NCBI GenBank assembly: GCA_040767805.1
Contig: JAXGNU010000006.1
Coordinates: forward strand, 1 to 64,000
Source: Thermovirgaceae bacterium
GTDB taxonomy: Bacteria > Synergistota > Synergistia > Synergistales > Thermovirgaceae
Direction: 5' to 3'
DNA: 64,000 nt
Positions 1 through 9,300 of the stretch are shown one piece after another; position 1 is the first letter of the stretch; each line of letters opens with the position of its first letter. The position numbers and the translations under genes are program-made. The notes under the pieces are model-generated. The model was given only the letters and a program-made list of their open reading frames with translations, made no database searches and was not told where the DNA came from.

Positions 1-6
1 TCAGGG

Positions 7-1965
7 TTACCAGCCACCGCCGCCTCCCCCGCCACCGCCGCCGCCGGAGAAGCCTCCCCCGCCGCCTCCGCCGCTGAAGCCCGAACCGGACCCCGGGGCC
101 ACCGACGAGGACGCCACGGCCGTCCCGAGCCCCCCGCTGAGCCCCGTCATGAAGGAACCCGCACCCAGGGTGTAGACGGGGTACGTGCCCGTGTACCACT
201 GCGGGTCGTACTGGGCTTTCTTGAGGATCTCGTCGAAGTGGGCAGCCCACTCCTTCTCCACCCCCAGGGCTATGGCGTAGGGCAGCAGGCTTTCGAAGTG
301 ACGGGGCGTGACTTCCGGCATGTCGACCCTGGCCAGGGCCTTGATGCGCCCCTTCTCGGCGGCGGACATGTACATGCGGAGCCCCTCCACCCGGTCCATG
401 AGCTTCCTCCCCTCGGGGGTGTAGTTTTTCATGAGTTTGAAGAAGAGGACGTTCAGGAAGAAGGCCGCCGCCAGCGAGAGGGTGTAGTTGAGAGACAGCC
501 CCACCGCGAAGAGCCTGAAGAAAAGCGCCTCGACACCCATGAAGGGTATGGAAAAGAACAGCAGGAAGAGGCCCCTGATGAAGAAGCCCGCCTTTTTCCT
601 CCGGAAGCCCTCGCCCAGGGAGGCAAGGGCTGAAAAGACCATGACGCCGATCCCCAGGGTCCAGGTGCCGAGCCAGATCGAGGAAAAGATAGTGTCCTCC
701 TTCCCCGCCCCCCAGGTCCCGAGGAAGGCCGTGATGTAACCCATCAGGACGAGGGTGATCAATACGCCGAGGCCGACCCACTTCCAGTTCCTCAGGAAGT
801 AGTCTTTACCGCGGTAGGCCACGTGGTCGGTGATGGCACCCTTCGCCGAGGAGAGGATCTCGTGGTTCTCCTTGTCCACGTCGACGGACCTCCCACCGGG
901 GAAGAGGGAGGCCAGGAAGGCGTTCTCCACCAGGGGGAGGCCGTTGCGGTCCTTGTCGGTAGGGTGAAGGGTGAAGCGGTTCTTCCCCCGGTTGAAGAGG
1001 CCCTTGGGGACGTCGTGCTCCTCGATCCTCAGGTAGCCCCTCACGCCCAGGTCGATCAGGGTGGCGGTGAAGGTGTCGTCCCGGAGCTTCTGGTTGTAGA
1101 CGTAGGAGGCCATGGCCGGGGTGACGCCCTCGGGGGGGTAGAAGAGGGGGATGATGGTCCCGGGGCGGAGGTCCTTGCCCCAGCGGCTCCATACCAGGAT
1201 GTAGTAGATGAGGACCAGCACCACCGCCAGCGGCGGGAGGTACTTGCCCCAGCGCTCGGCGAAGGCCGCCCGGGCCTGCCTCTTGAGGTAGTCCTTCGAG
1301 GGGTGGATGAAGCCCTTGGGGAAGCCCGCCACGATGGTGAGGCCCTCCCTGACCCCGAGGGGGACCGTGGTCTGGAACCAGGCCGTGTTACCGGCCGTCC
1401 TGCCCATGGCGTCCTGGGCGCGGGAACCCTGGGGGCCGGTGTACCAGGCGATCTTCTCCACGGGGACGTCCTCCGGCAGGGTGACCAGGGCGGAGGCCCT
1501 GTCGATGGGGAAATCCCAGCCGGTGCCGGTGACGTTCCAGTAGAGTTCGTCGTGGTCCTCGAAGAAGCCGACCTGCTCGGTGGTCGTGTAGACGATGGTG
1601 TAGGTGTGCTCCCCCAGGGGGGCGTAGGATCCGGGGTCGCCGATGCGGACCCGCACGCCGTTGCTGATCCTTTCGGTCTTCCACGGGACGGACCCGCCGT
1701 CGAGCAGCACGGTCTGCACCGTGAAGCCGACCCGGACCCGGCCCCCGCCGGGAGAGGTGTAGTCGGTGGGGAAGTCCCGGAGAAGGCCCCTCTGGATCTG
1801 GACGTGCTCCACGAGGACGGTGATGTCCTCCCTGACGGTGAGGGTGCCGTCGCGCCCCACGCCGATGGAGCTGTCAAAGGACAGTATCCTCTCGGAGGCG
1901 GACGCCGCCGGGACGAGGGCAAGGAGCAGCAGGACAGCCGCCAGGGCGCGCCTGAAGATCCTCAT
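7..1965 (-). CDS. DUF2207-family membrane protein
   Basis: Signal peptide, 'ELYWNVTGTGWDFPID' N-domain, TM helices, 'LLPYAIALGV' and Gly-rich C-tail; classic LemA partner. Confidence 0.85.
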   Translation of the reverse strand: MRIFRRALAAVLLLLALVPAASASERILSFDSSIGVGRDGTLTVREDITVLVEHVQIQRGLLRDFPTDYTSPGGGRVRVGFTVQTVLLDGGSVPWKTERISNGVRVRIGDPGSYAPLGEHTYTIVYTTTEQVGFFEDHDELYWNVTGTGWDFPIDRASALVTLPEDVPVEKIAWYTGPQGSRAQDAMGRTAGNTAWFQTTVPLGVREGLTIVAGFPKGFIHPSKDYLKRQARAAFAERWGKYLPPLAVVLVLIYYILVWSRWGKDLRPGTIIPLFYPPEGVTPAMASYVYNQKLRDDTFTATLIDLGVRGYLRIEEHDVPKGLFNRGKNRFTLHPTDKDRNGLPLVENAFLASLFPGGRSVDVDKENHEILSSAKGAITDHVAYRGKDYFLRNWKWVGLGVLITLVLMGYITAFLGTWGAGKEDTIFSSIWLGTWTLGIGVMVFSALASLGEGFRRKKAGFFIRGLFLLFFSIPFMGVEALFFRLFAVGLSLNYTLSLAAAFFLNVLFFKLMKNYTPEGRKLMDRVEGLRMYMSAAEKGRIKALARVDMPEVTPRHFESLLPYAIALGVEKEWAAHFDEILKKAQYDPQWYTGTYPVYTLGAGSFMTGLSGGLGTAVASSSVAPGSGSGFSGGGGGGGFSGGGGGGGGGGGW

Positions 1966-1991
1966 GAAGGGAGCCCCCCACTGGAGCCGGG

Positions 1992-2543
1992 CTAGAACTG
2001 CACCCTCGGGACGGCGCGGTCCTCCTCGGCCGCCTCGAAGTATTCGCGGCTCGTGAAGCCGAAGGGGCCGGCCAGCATGTTGTTGGGGAAGACCTGGATG
2101 AGGGAGTTGAAGGCCCTCACGGTGCCGTTGTAGTACCGGCGGGCCATCTGGATCTCGGCCTCGAGTTCGCCCAGGTTCTTCTGGAGGTCCAGAAAGTTGG
2201 TGTTGGCCTTCAGTTCCGGGTAGTTTTCGGCCACGGCGAAGAGGGAGCGGATGGTCCCGGTGAGGGCGTTCTCGGCCTGGGCCCTTTCCCCGACGGAGCC
2301 GGCGCTCACCGCCGCCGCCCTCGCCTGGGTCACCTTCTCGAAGAGCTCCTTTTCGTGTTTGGCATAGCCCTTGACGGTCTCCACGAGGTTGCCCACCAGG
2401 TCGGAGCGCCGCTTGAGCTGGACGTCGATGCCGCTCCAGCCCTCGTCAACGAGATTGCGGGAACGGACCATGGTGTTGTATGTCCTCCAGACGTACAGGA
2501 CAAGGGCAGCCGCTACTACTAAAAGGATCCATAGGACGGTCAC
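1992..2543 (-). CDS. lemA: LemA family protein
   Basis: 'IDVQLKRR', 'AENYPELKAN', 'ARRYYN' motifs; GTG start chosen after GGGGTG RBS. Confidence 0.93.
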   Translation of the reverse strand: MTVLWILLVVAAALVLYVWRTYNTMVRSRNLVDEGWSGIDVQLKRRSDLVGNLVETVKGYAKHEKELFEKVTQARAAAVSAGSVGERAQAENALTGTIRSLFAVAENYPELKANTNFLDLQKNLGELEAEIQMARRYYNGTVRAFNSLIQVFPNNMLAGPFGFTSREYFEAAEEDRAVPRVQF

Positions 2544-2615
2544 GAGGATCACCCCCAGGTTGGTCGGTACGTTGCGGATAATATACATCATAAAGGGCAA
2601 AGGCCGTCAATCGTA

Positions 2616-2661
2616 TTTTGCCCTTTTCGTATACAAATGCTCAAATTCAAGGTCTGACCCC
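2616..2661 (-). repeat. ~46-bp dispersed repeat (GGGGTCAGACCTTGAATTTGAGCAWTTGTATACGAAAAGGGCAAAA), copy 1, reverse orientation
   Basis: One mismatch to the copies at 14681 and 21435. Confidence 0.95.
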
Positions 2662-2667
2662 AAAGGG

Positions 2668-2712
2668 TTGACAAGGGGGGAGAAGGTGATATTCTATTGA
2701 TAACCAATATCA
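2668..2712 (+). promoter_or_regulatory. sigma70-like promoter plus Fur/PerR-like box
   Basis: TTGACA (2668)-16 nt-TATTCT with extended TG; TGATAAC-C-AATATCA at 2698-2712 fits the 7-1-7 Fur pattern. Confidence 0.6.
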
Positions 2713-2732
2713 ATAAGAAGGAGGCGATAGTC

Positions 2733-3047
2733 ATGCCCGGATGGGATGGAAGAGGCCCCTGGTTCGGCAGCGGACCCGGCACAGGCTGGGGTATGGGCCC
2801 CTGTGGCGCCGGTTACCGCCGCGGGCGTGGTTTCCGCCGTGGAGCAGGGTTCGGAGGTTTCGGGAGAGGCTGGTACGGCCGTTATTGGGGTTATGCGCCT
2901 TACGGCGCGCCCTGGGGCCAGCCCTACCCATACCAAGCGATGGACCCGGCTGACGAGAAACAGGCTCTCCAGGAAGAACTCAGCGCCCTGGAAGCGGAGA
3001 TGAGGGCCGTCAAAGACAGGCTCGACAGCATGGAAAAGGAAGCCTGA
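2733..3047 (+). CDS. DUF5320-family Gly/Arg-rich protein with C-terminal coiled coil
   Basis: 'MPGWDGRGP..GPGTGWGMGPC' signature; AAGGAGG RBS. Confidence 0.8.
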   Translation: MPGWDGRGPWFGSGPGTGWGMGPCGAGYRRGRGFRRGAGFGGFGRGWYGRYWGYAPYGAPWGQPYPYQAMDPADEKQALQEELSALEAEMRAVKDRLDSMEKEA

Positions 3048-3074
3048 TCCGCCCCGCGGGGCGGTCCCTTCCGC

Positions 3075-3108
3075 CGGACCCGGTTCACCCGAACCGGGTC
3101 CGTGTTTT
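3075..3108 (+). terminator. Intrinsic terminator
   Basis: 12-bp stem CGGACCCGGTTC/GAACCGGGTCCG followed by TGTTTT. Confidence 0.6.
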
Positions 3109-3160
3109 ATGGGGGTCGGCTATAATCGGTTTAAAACCCTTTCAGGAGGTTCACTGAACA

Positions 3161-3526
3161 ATGAAGATAGCCATAGCTTTGGAAGATGGAAACGTCAGCC
3201 TTCACTTCGGGCATGCCCCGATCTTCAGGGTCTTCGAGACCGACGGGAAGAAGATCCTCGGCCACCAGGACCACCCCAACCCAGGGCACGCGCCGGGTGT
3301 GATCCCCCGGTGGCTCTCGGGCCTGGCGGTGGACGTGATCATCGCCGGCGGGATGGGTCCCAGGGCCGAGGAACTTTTCAGGGAAGCCGGCGTCAGGCCG
3401 GTGATAGGGGCCAGGGGCGAGGCCGAGGAAGTGGCCAGGGCCTTTCTCGACGGCACGCTCCGGTGCGGTGACAGCTCCTGCGGCCACGTGACCGGCGAGG
3501 GGCACGGGGAGCATCACCATCATTGA
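3161..3526 (+). CDS. NifB/NifX-family (FeMo-co binding-like) protein with His-rich tail
   Basis: 'HFGHAP', 'DVIIAGGMG'; C-terminal CGDSSCGH..HGEHHHH. Confidence 0.85.
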   Translation: MKIAIALEDGNVSLHFGHAPIFRVFETDGKKILGHQDHPNPGHAPGVIPRWLSGLAVDVIIAGGMGPRAEELFREAGVRPVIGARGEAEEVARAFLDGTLRCGDSSCGHVTGEGHGEHHHH

Positions 3527-4380
3527 TGGCTGAAAAACCGCTGACCGTCGCCATCGCCAGCGGCAAGGGCGGAACGGGCAAGAGCTGCGTGGCCGCTTCA
3601 CTGCTGGTGACAGTGCCGGGGCTCCTGGGCGCCGATGTCGACGTGGAGGAGCCCAACCTGGCGCTGCTCCTGGGCGCCGAGGCGGTGAGTTCTTCCCTGG
3701 TGGAGATTCCCTGGCCGGTGATCGACGACGCCCTTTGCGACCGATGCGGGGAGTGCGTCAGGAATTGCCGCTTCGGGGCCCTGCTGATGTTCGGCGGCGA
3801 GGCTCCGGTGCCCAACGACCTCTGCCACGGCTGCGGGGTCTGCTCCATGGTCTGCCCCCGGAAGGCCATCACTGAAGTAGGGAGGCCCGTGGGGGAGGTC
3901 AGGCTCTGCCGCAGGGGGGACCTTCGCCTCTACGAGGGCAGGCTACACGTGGGGATGCCCAACCCCGTGCCGGTGATCGACGCCGCCTTGAAGGCGGCCC
4001 TCGCCGAGGGTCGCAACCTGGTCGTCGATTCCCCGCCGGGGACGTCCTGCCCCATGGTCTCGGCCGTGAGGGAGGCCGACGTGGTGGTCCTGGTGACGGA
4101 GCCGACGCCCTTCGGGTACGCCGACCTGGACCTGGCGCTGCAGGTGATCCATGAACTGGGCAAACCGGCCATGGCGGTCGTCAACCGCTGCGACATGGGA
4201 GACGCCGATATTGAGGGCCTCGCGGAGAGGTACGGGGTCCCCGTGACGGCGAGGCTGCCCTTTTCGCGGGCAGTGGCCGAGTCCTACGCCGTCGGCAACC
4301 CCCCCGCGGCGACCGACGCCCTCTGGAAGGACGCCATGGTCACGCTGTGGGAGAGGGCGAAGGAGATGGCGGGAAGATGA
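3526..4380 (+). CDS. MinD-like P-loop ATPase with inserted 2x[4Fe-4S] ferredoxin domain
   Basis: SGKGGTGKS, DVEEPN, CDRCGECVRNC, CHGCGVCSMVC, DSPPGTSC, EPTPFG. Confidence 0.88.
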   Translation: MAEKPLTVAIASGKGGTGKSCVAASLLVTVPGLLGADVDVEEPNLALLLGAEAVSSSLVEIPWPVIDDALCDRCGECVRNCRFGALLMFGGEAPVPNDLCHGCGVCSMVCPRKAITEVGRPVGEVRLCRRGDLRLYEGRLHVGMPNPVPVIDAALKAALAEGRNLVVDSPPGTSCPMVSAVREADVVVLVTEPTPFGYADLDLALQVIHELGKPAMAVVNRCDMGDADIEGLAERYGVPVTARLPFSRAVAESYAVGNPPAATDALWKDAMVTLWERAKEMAGR

Positions 4381-5237
4381 AGATCCGTGAGATAACCGTG
4401 GTCAGCGGCAAGGGCGGCACCGGAAAGACCTCCATAACGGCGGCTTTAGCGGCGTCGGCCCCGGGAGGGCTGGCCCTCTGCGACGCCGACGTGGACGCGC
4501 CTGACCTGGAGATACTTCTCCATCCCGAACCCCGGGAGGAGCACGCCTTCATCGGCATGGACACCGCCGGCGTCGACAGCCAAAGGTGCATCGGCTGCGG
4601 TAAGTGCCGGGATGTCTGCCGCTTCGACGCCATAAGGATGGAAGGCGGCAAGGCGCGGGTGGACAAGACCTTCTGCGAGGGCTGCGCCGCCTGCACCCTG
4701 GTCTGCCCCGTGGGCTCCATCGCCATGGAGGAAACGAGGCAGGGGACCTGGTACGTCGGCGAGACGGGTTTCGGACCCATGGTGCACGCCAGGCTCAACC
4801 CCGGCGGTGAGAACTCGGGGATGCTGGTCCAACTGGTCCGGAAGGAGGCCCGGCGGATCGCCGAAAGCAGGGGGCTTGGGACCATCCTCACCGACGGCCC
4901 CCCCGGGATAGCTTGCCCGGCCATATCGGCCGTTACCGGCGCCGACACGGCCCTCGTCATCACCGAGCCGACGATCTCGGGTGAGCACGACCTGCTCCGG
5001 GTCGCCGAGCTCTGCCGGCGCTTCGGGACCAAGGCGGCGGTGGTGCTGAACAAGGCCGACCTGAGCGCCCAGGGCGCGGAAAGGATAAAAGAGGCATGCC
5101 GTAAGGAGGGCCTGCCTCTTCTCGCTTCCATTCCTTTTATCCCCGGCGTGGTCCACGCCGTCTCCCAGGCCAGGATCCCCCTGGCGGAACTGGAGGAGTA
5201 CCTCGGGCCTACCTGGGACCGCCTGAAGGGGCTGTGA
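4377..5237 (+). CDS. Second MinD-like Fe-S ATPase
   Basis: SGKGGTGKT, DADVDAPD, CIGCGKCRDVC, CEGCAACTLVC, DGPPGIAC; ATGA overlap with upstream gene. Confidence 0.88.
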   Translation: MKIREITVVSGKGGTGKTSITAALAASAPGGLALCDADVDAPDLEILLHPEPREEHAFIGMDTAGVDSQRCIGCGKCRDVCRFDAIRMEGGKARVDKTFCEGCAACTLVCPVGSIAMEETRQGTWYVGETGFGPMVHARLNPGGENSGMLVQLVRKEARRIAESRGLGTILTDGPPGIACPAISAVTGADTALVITEPTISGEHDLLRVAELCRRFGTKAAVVLNKADLSAQGAERIKEACRKEGLPLLASIPFIPGVVHAVSQARIPLAELEEYLGPTWDRLKGL

Positions 5238-6072
5238 CCGCCGAGGCCGCCGCCGAGAGCACCCTGGCGGCCATCTCCTCCGGCTCATCCCCGGAACGGT
5301 ACTCCTCGAGCCTGCCCGAATCGGCCAGGGTCGTGATCTCCTTGTCCACGGGGAGGCTGGCCAGGGCGGGTATGTCCCACCGGGAGCGGACCTCCTCCAG
5401 GTGACTCGGGCCGAAGAGTTCCCAGCGCTCGCCGCAGTGGGGGCAGAGGGCATAGCTCATGTTCTCCACGATGCCCAGCAGGGGCACGTCCATCAGTTTG
5501 GTCATGTGCATCATTTTTTCGACGATGCGGACCGAGAGGTCCTGGGGCGTGGTGACCATGATCATCCCGTCGAGGGCTATGGTCTGCATGACCGTCAGGG
5601 GTGCGTCGGAGGTCCCCGGCGGAAGGTCGATGACGAGTATTTCCGCATCGCCCCACTCCGTGTTGTTCCAGAATTGGCCTATCACGTTGCCTACCAGGGG
5701 GCCCCGCCACACGACGGGCTTCGACGCATCCTCCATGAAGAGGGTCATGGACATCACCTTGATGCCCAGTAAGGGCGACGTCGGCGGAACCAGCCCGGTG
5801 GGGACGCCCAGGGGCATACCCTTTACGCCGAGCATGGACGGTATGGAGGGTCCGGTGATATCGGCGTCGAGGAGGGCCGTCCTGTGGCCCAGCCGGGCGA
5901 GGCCTATGGCCAGGAGGGCCGACACGGTGCTCTTGCCCACCCCTCCCTTGCCGCTCCCGACGGCGACGATATGCTTGAAACGGCCCCTCGTGGGGACCGG
6001 CATGGAACAGGCAGCGGGGTCCTGGTCGCAGGAGCCCTGGCTGGGGCACCCCTTGCACTTGTTATCGCTCAC
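5209..6072 (-). CDS. mrp: Mrp/NBP35 (ApbC) Fe-S carrier ATPase
   Basis: GKGGVGKS, DADITGPS, VVWRGP, DLPPGTSD, ENMS..CPHC; Cys-rich N-terminus. Confidence 0.92.
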   Translation of the reverse strand: MSDNKCKGCPSQGSCDQDPAACSMPVPTRGRFKHIVAVGSGKGGVGKSTVSALLAIGLARLGHRTALLDADITGPSIPSMLGVKGMPLGVPTGLVPPTSPLLGIKVMSMTLFMEDASKPVVWRGPLVGNVIGQFWNNTEWGDAEILVIDLPPGTSDAPLTVMQTIALDGMIMVTTPQDLSVRIVEKMMHMTKLMDVPLLGIVENMSYALCPHCGERWELFGPSHLEEVRSRWDIPALASLPVDKEITTLADSGRLEEYRSGDEPEEMAARVLSAAASAVTAPSGGPR

Positions 6073-6090
6073 GAACTACACCTCTTTCTT

Positions 6091-6426
6091 TTAAAGGGGG
6101 ATCTCCATCAAGGAACCCTCATTGTACCTCTTCAGGGCCTCCTCGCAGGTCATCCCGGAGGCTTCGAAGGCGCGGATGCCGGCCGCCTTCAGGGCCGCCA
6201 CGGCGTTGGGGCCCAGCCTCGGCGCGATGAGGGCCGAAACGCCCTTGGCCGCCAGGAGCTGCACGGCCATCCCGCCGGCGCCGTGGGCCGCCTGGGTGGC
6301 CTGGTTGGGCATGGCTTCCAGGAGCGATCCCTTCTCGTCGACGATGAGAAAAAAGGGGCACCGGGCGAAACGCTCGGCCACGGGGCTTTCAAGGGTCTGT
6401 CCTTCTGAGGATAGGGCTATCTTCAT
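6091..6426 (-). CDS. NifB/NifX-family protein (orange-protein-like)
   Basis: 'MKIAL..RFARCPFF..HGAGG..GPNA' motifs; GGAGGA RBS. Confidence 0.85.
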   Translation of the reverse strand: MKIALSSEGQTLESPVAERFARCPFFLIVDEKGSLLEAMPNQATQAAHGAGGMAVQLLAAKGVSALIAPRLGPNAVAALKAAGIRAFEASGMTCEEALKRYNEGSLMEIPL

Positions 6427-6442
6427 TGGTGGTCCTCCCTTA

Positions 6443-6497
6443 TGAGAATTGTTATCAAAAACAGGAACAATATAGGTCAAGGTCGGAAGAAAGGCAA
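6443..6497 (-). promoter_or_regulatory. Promoter of nifX-mrp with Fur-like box
   Basis: Minus strand TTGCCT-17 nt-TATATT; TGAGAAT-T-GTTATCA at 6443-6457. Confidence 0.55.
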
Positions 6498-6560
6498 GGA
6501 GGGGCCTGTTGCCTCATATAAGAATCTAAGTGAAAGTCCTTCGTTGCCTCACGAAGAAAT

Positions 6561-7818
6561 CTAAGCGACCCTACCGGGTTCGGTCTCCTTTCCGGGGAGA
6601 CCCTTGTTCTTGCTCGCAAAGGCCCTGTTGAGCCTGGTCTTGAGCCGGTCCACCTCTTTCTTCAAGTCCGCCAGGTTCAGGGCCTCGAACTGCTCCTTCA
6701 GGGAGGATTTTACCTCCCTCGTGACATCTCCCGAAGCCATCAGGCGCTGGTAGGGCGTCTGGGGTGTGTCGTAGATCTTCCTGACCTTCGCCCCGACCCT
6801 AACCTTCGAAACCAGCTTCGCCGAGGGGAGGAAGAAGTTCACGTAGAGCCTGTAAACGTCATAGAGGTCGTTGAGAGCTTTCACCTCTTCGTCCGTGTCG
6901 TACCTGGCGTAGCCGGCCACCCTCCTGACGACGGACCAGTTCTTCTGTTCCACGTAGCAGTTGTCGTTTTTGTTGCCGGCCCTGGACCTGGTGAAGGTTA
7001 TCCTCTCCTCCTCGCAGTACTCCAGCAGGTGGCAGTTTATGAAGGTCGAGTCATTGTCGGAATCTATGCCCTGCAGAGGGAAGGGCAGGCGCTCCCTGAT
7101 GGATTTCAGGGCTTCCAGGGTCCAGAGCCTGGCCCTGTTCTTGACGGCCCTCAGTTCGGTCCACCCCGCCCTCCACGTCGGTGACGTCCAGGGTGAAAGC
7201 AAATTCTCCTTTGGCGTTCCCGCCCTCATGGGAAACCAGGTCTATCTCGGCGAAACCCGGTCTCTTTTCGTCCCAGTCGGCGAAGGTGCGTATCGGTATC
7301 TTGTGCTTGAGCAAAGTCCCGGGCTTCGTGGAAGAACGCTCCCTCAAGCGCAGTTTCCTCTTCCGGTCCGCCAGGATGCGGTCGATGGTGGCGGCGGAAA
7401 TGGACATGACCTTGTCCCTGGTCTCCCCGGAGAGGGTGAGATCCCCCGAGGCCTCAAGCTTTGGGACCAGCCAGGGCAGGGCCGCGGCAAGCCTCTTGCC
7501 GCAGATGTAGTCCATCATCTTCCAAAGCGAAGCCAATACAGCGGCCGCTTCACCGTCATAGGCCCTGGGCCTCTTCCTTTTCCCGCGGCCCTTATGGCCC
7601 TTCCTGTCGGCTTGCAGGATCAGGGAGGCGCCCCTGCCGCCCCCAAGGTATAGGCGCCGGCCGAAGAGGCAGAGAAGGTGGGAGGCGTAGTCCCGGTTGT
7701 AGCCCGTCGTGGCGGTAACACGGTCCAATATCAGGCCCTTCCCCTTCTTCGACGCCCTGCGGTACTCGTCAGAAGCCTGTACGATCACTTCCCTCCTCGC
7801 ACTCATCGAAAGCCTCAC
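6561..7818 (-). pseudogene. DDE transposase/integrase, frameshifted near 7165-7175
   Basis: N-part (..FAEIDLVSHEG..TLDVTDV) and C-part (GWTELRAVKN..IDSDN..NDNCYVEQKN) are in different frames; one extra base in a G-rich tract. Confidence 0.85.
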
Positions 7819-7916
7819 CCGTCCTTCCCCCTTCCTCCAGGGTCATGCCCCTTGAAGGAAGATGCTATACCCTTCGGCTAGATTCTTAGGTGAGGCAACG
7901 TATCACTTTCGTCTAG

Positions 7917-9185
7917 GGAATCTCTGAAAAAGTCCTCTAGAAACGGACCTTGACCTAGTAAAATATGGTTGTGACAGCCTTGGTTTGTCCATTCCAGCCT
8001 TCTGTACGACCATACCATCCTTTGAGGGAGCTGATCCCGCATGAAGAGCCAGAAGAGCCTTGCCAACGCCGTGACCTTCGAGAAGTTTAAAAAGACCACA
8101 AGGCGCGAGCAATTTCTGGCCGAGATGGAACAGGTCGTCCCCTGGAAGGAACTTTGCGCCCTCATTGAACCTTACTACCCCAAGCTGGGAAGGGGTAGAC
8201 CTCCCATAGGACTGGAACGGATGCTTCGGATCCATTTCCTGCAGAGTTGGTTCAACCTCAGCGACCCCGGAGCCGAAGAAGCGCTCTACGATATGGAATC
8301 CATGAGGCGATTTGTTGGGATAGACCTCGGCAACGAGCCTGTACCGGACGAAACGACGATCTGCAAGTTCCGCCACCTTCTCGAGGCCCATGACCTTGGC
8401 AAGATGATCTTCAGGGAGGTCAACGCCCACCTTGAATCAAGAGGTATGAGGCTCTCCGAGGGTACCATCGTTGATGCCACCATCATCAACGCTCCGTCTT
8501 CGACGAAGAACAAAGAGAAGAAGCGGGACCCAGAAATGCACTCCACGAAGAAAGGCAACCAGTTCTACTTCGGCATGAAGATCCACATAGGTGTCGACAA
8601 AGCCACTAAACTGGCCCACAGCCTTGTCACTACGCCTGCCAACGTGCACGACTCGCATCTCATCGGCGAACTTCTTCATGGGGGAGAAAGCGGAGTATGG
8701 GGCGACTCGGCCTACATGGGCAAGACGGAAGAGATCAACGACAAGGCTCCCATGGCCTCGGATAACACGAACAAAAGGTCCACCAGAAACAGGAAGCTCA
8801 CGGAAGAGGAGAAGGAAAGGAACAAGATGCTTTCCAAGACCCGCGTTCGGGTAGAACACGTCTTCGGTGTGGTCAAGAACGTATTCGGATACAGGAAGGT
8901 TCGCTACAAGGGTCTTGCGAAGAACACCAATGGCATCCATGTTCTCTTTGCTTTGTCTAACCTTTACATGGTCAGGAGGGAACTGCTCTCGCTCCTGGCA
9001 GGGGTGTAGTGTCCCTGGATATGGGGAGAAAGGCCAGAAAAGGAAGCAAAAGGGGCGATACAATCCTCCGAAGGCCTTGAAATGATCTTCTTAAGACCGG
9101 AATAGCCTGACTTATCCACAGGAAACGGATTCGGTTGTCAAGGTCCCAATGTTGCAACTATCAAGGTCTTTTGTTCAGAGGTTCC
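7917..9185 (+). mobile_element. IS5-family element (IS5 subgroup), 1269 bp
   Basis: IRs GGAATCTCTGAAAAA / GGAACCTCTGAACAA (13/15); CTAG target duplication at 7913-7916 and 9186-9189; lower GC. Confidence 0.93.
8041..9009 (+). CDS. IS5-family transposase (intact)
   Basis: 'LSDPGAEEALYD', 'PDETTICKFRH', 'IVDATII', 'FGMKIHIGVD', 'GDSAY', 'RVEHVF'. Confidence 0.95.
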   Translation: MKSQKSLANAVTFEKFKKTTRREQFLAEMEQVVPWKELCALIEPYYPKLGRGRPPIGLERMLRIHFLQSWFNLSDPGAEEALYDMESMRRFVGIDLGNEPVPDETTICKFRHLLEAHDLGKMIFREVNAHLESRGMRLSEGTIVDATIINAPSSTKNKEKKRDPEMHSTKKGNQFYFGMKIHIGVDKATKLAHSLVTTPANVHDSHLIGELLHGGESGVWGDSAYMGKTEEINDKAPMASDNTNKRSTRNRKLTEEEKERNKMLSKTRVRVEHVFGVVKNVFGYRKVRYKGLAKNTNGIHVLFALSNLYMVRRELLSLLAGV

Positions 9186-9214
9186 CTAGATTTTAGGTGA
9201 GGCAACTCGAGGGG

Positions 9215-9272
9215 TTGACAAAGGGGCGAAGGCGAGGTAACTTATAAAAAAGTTTGGGCATGCTAACTTTTT
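9215..9272 (+). promoter_or_regulatory. feoAB promoter with palindromic operator (DtxR/MntR-like, inferred)
   Basis: TTGACA-17 nt-TAACTT; AAAAAGTTTGGGCATGCTAACTTTTT imperfect palindrome at 9247-9272. Confidence 0.55.
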
Positions 9273-9300
9273 GGAACGATCAGCCGGGAGGTTCTTCACG

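Larger units (their letters stand above)
6505..9209 (-). mobile_element. DDE (rve-type, ISNCY/IS481-like) insertion sequence, ~1.43 kb native length, interrupted by IS5
   Basis: Both ends read C-NN-GTTGCCTCA; two GTTGCCTCA..AATCTA sites per end; AGGGG direct repeats at 6500-6504 and 9210-9214. Confidence 0.75.

Noticed and set aside
7160..7180. Programmed -1 frameshift in the transposase
   Set aside because: The required shift is +1, falls inside the catalytic domain, and has no slippery heptamer
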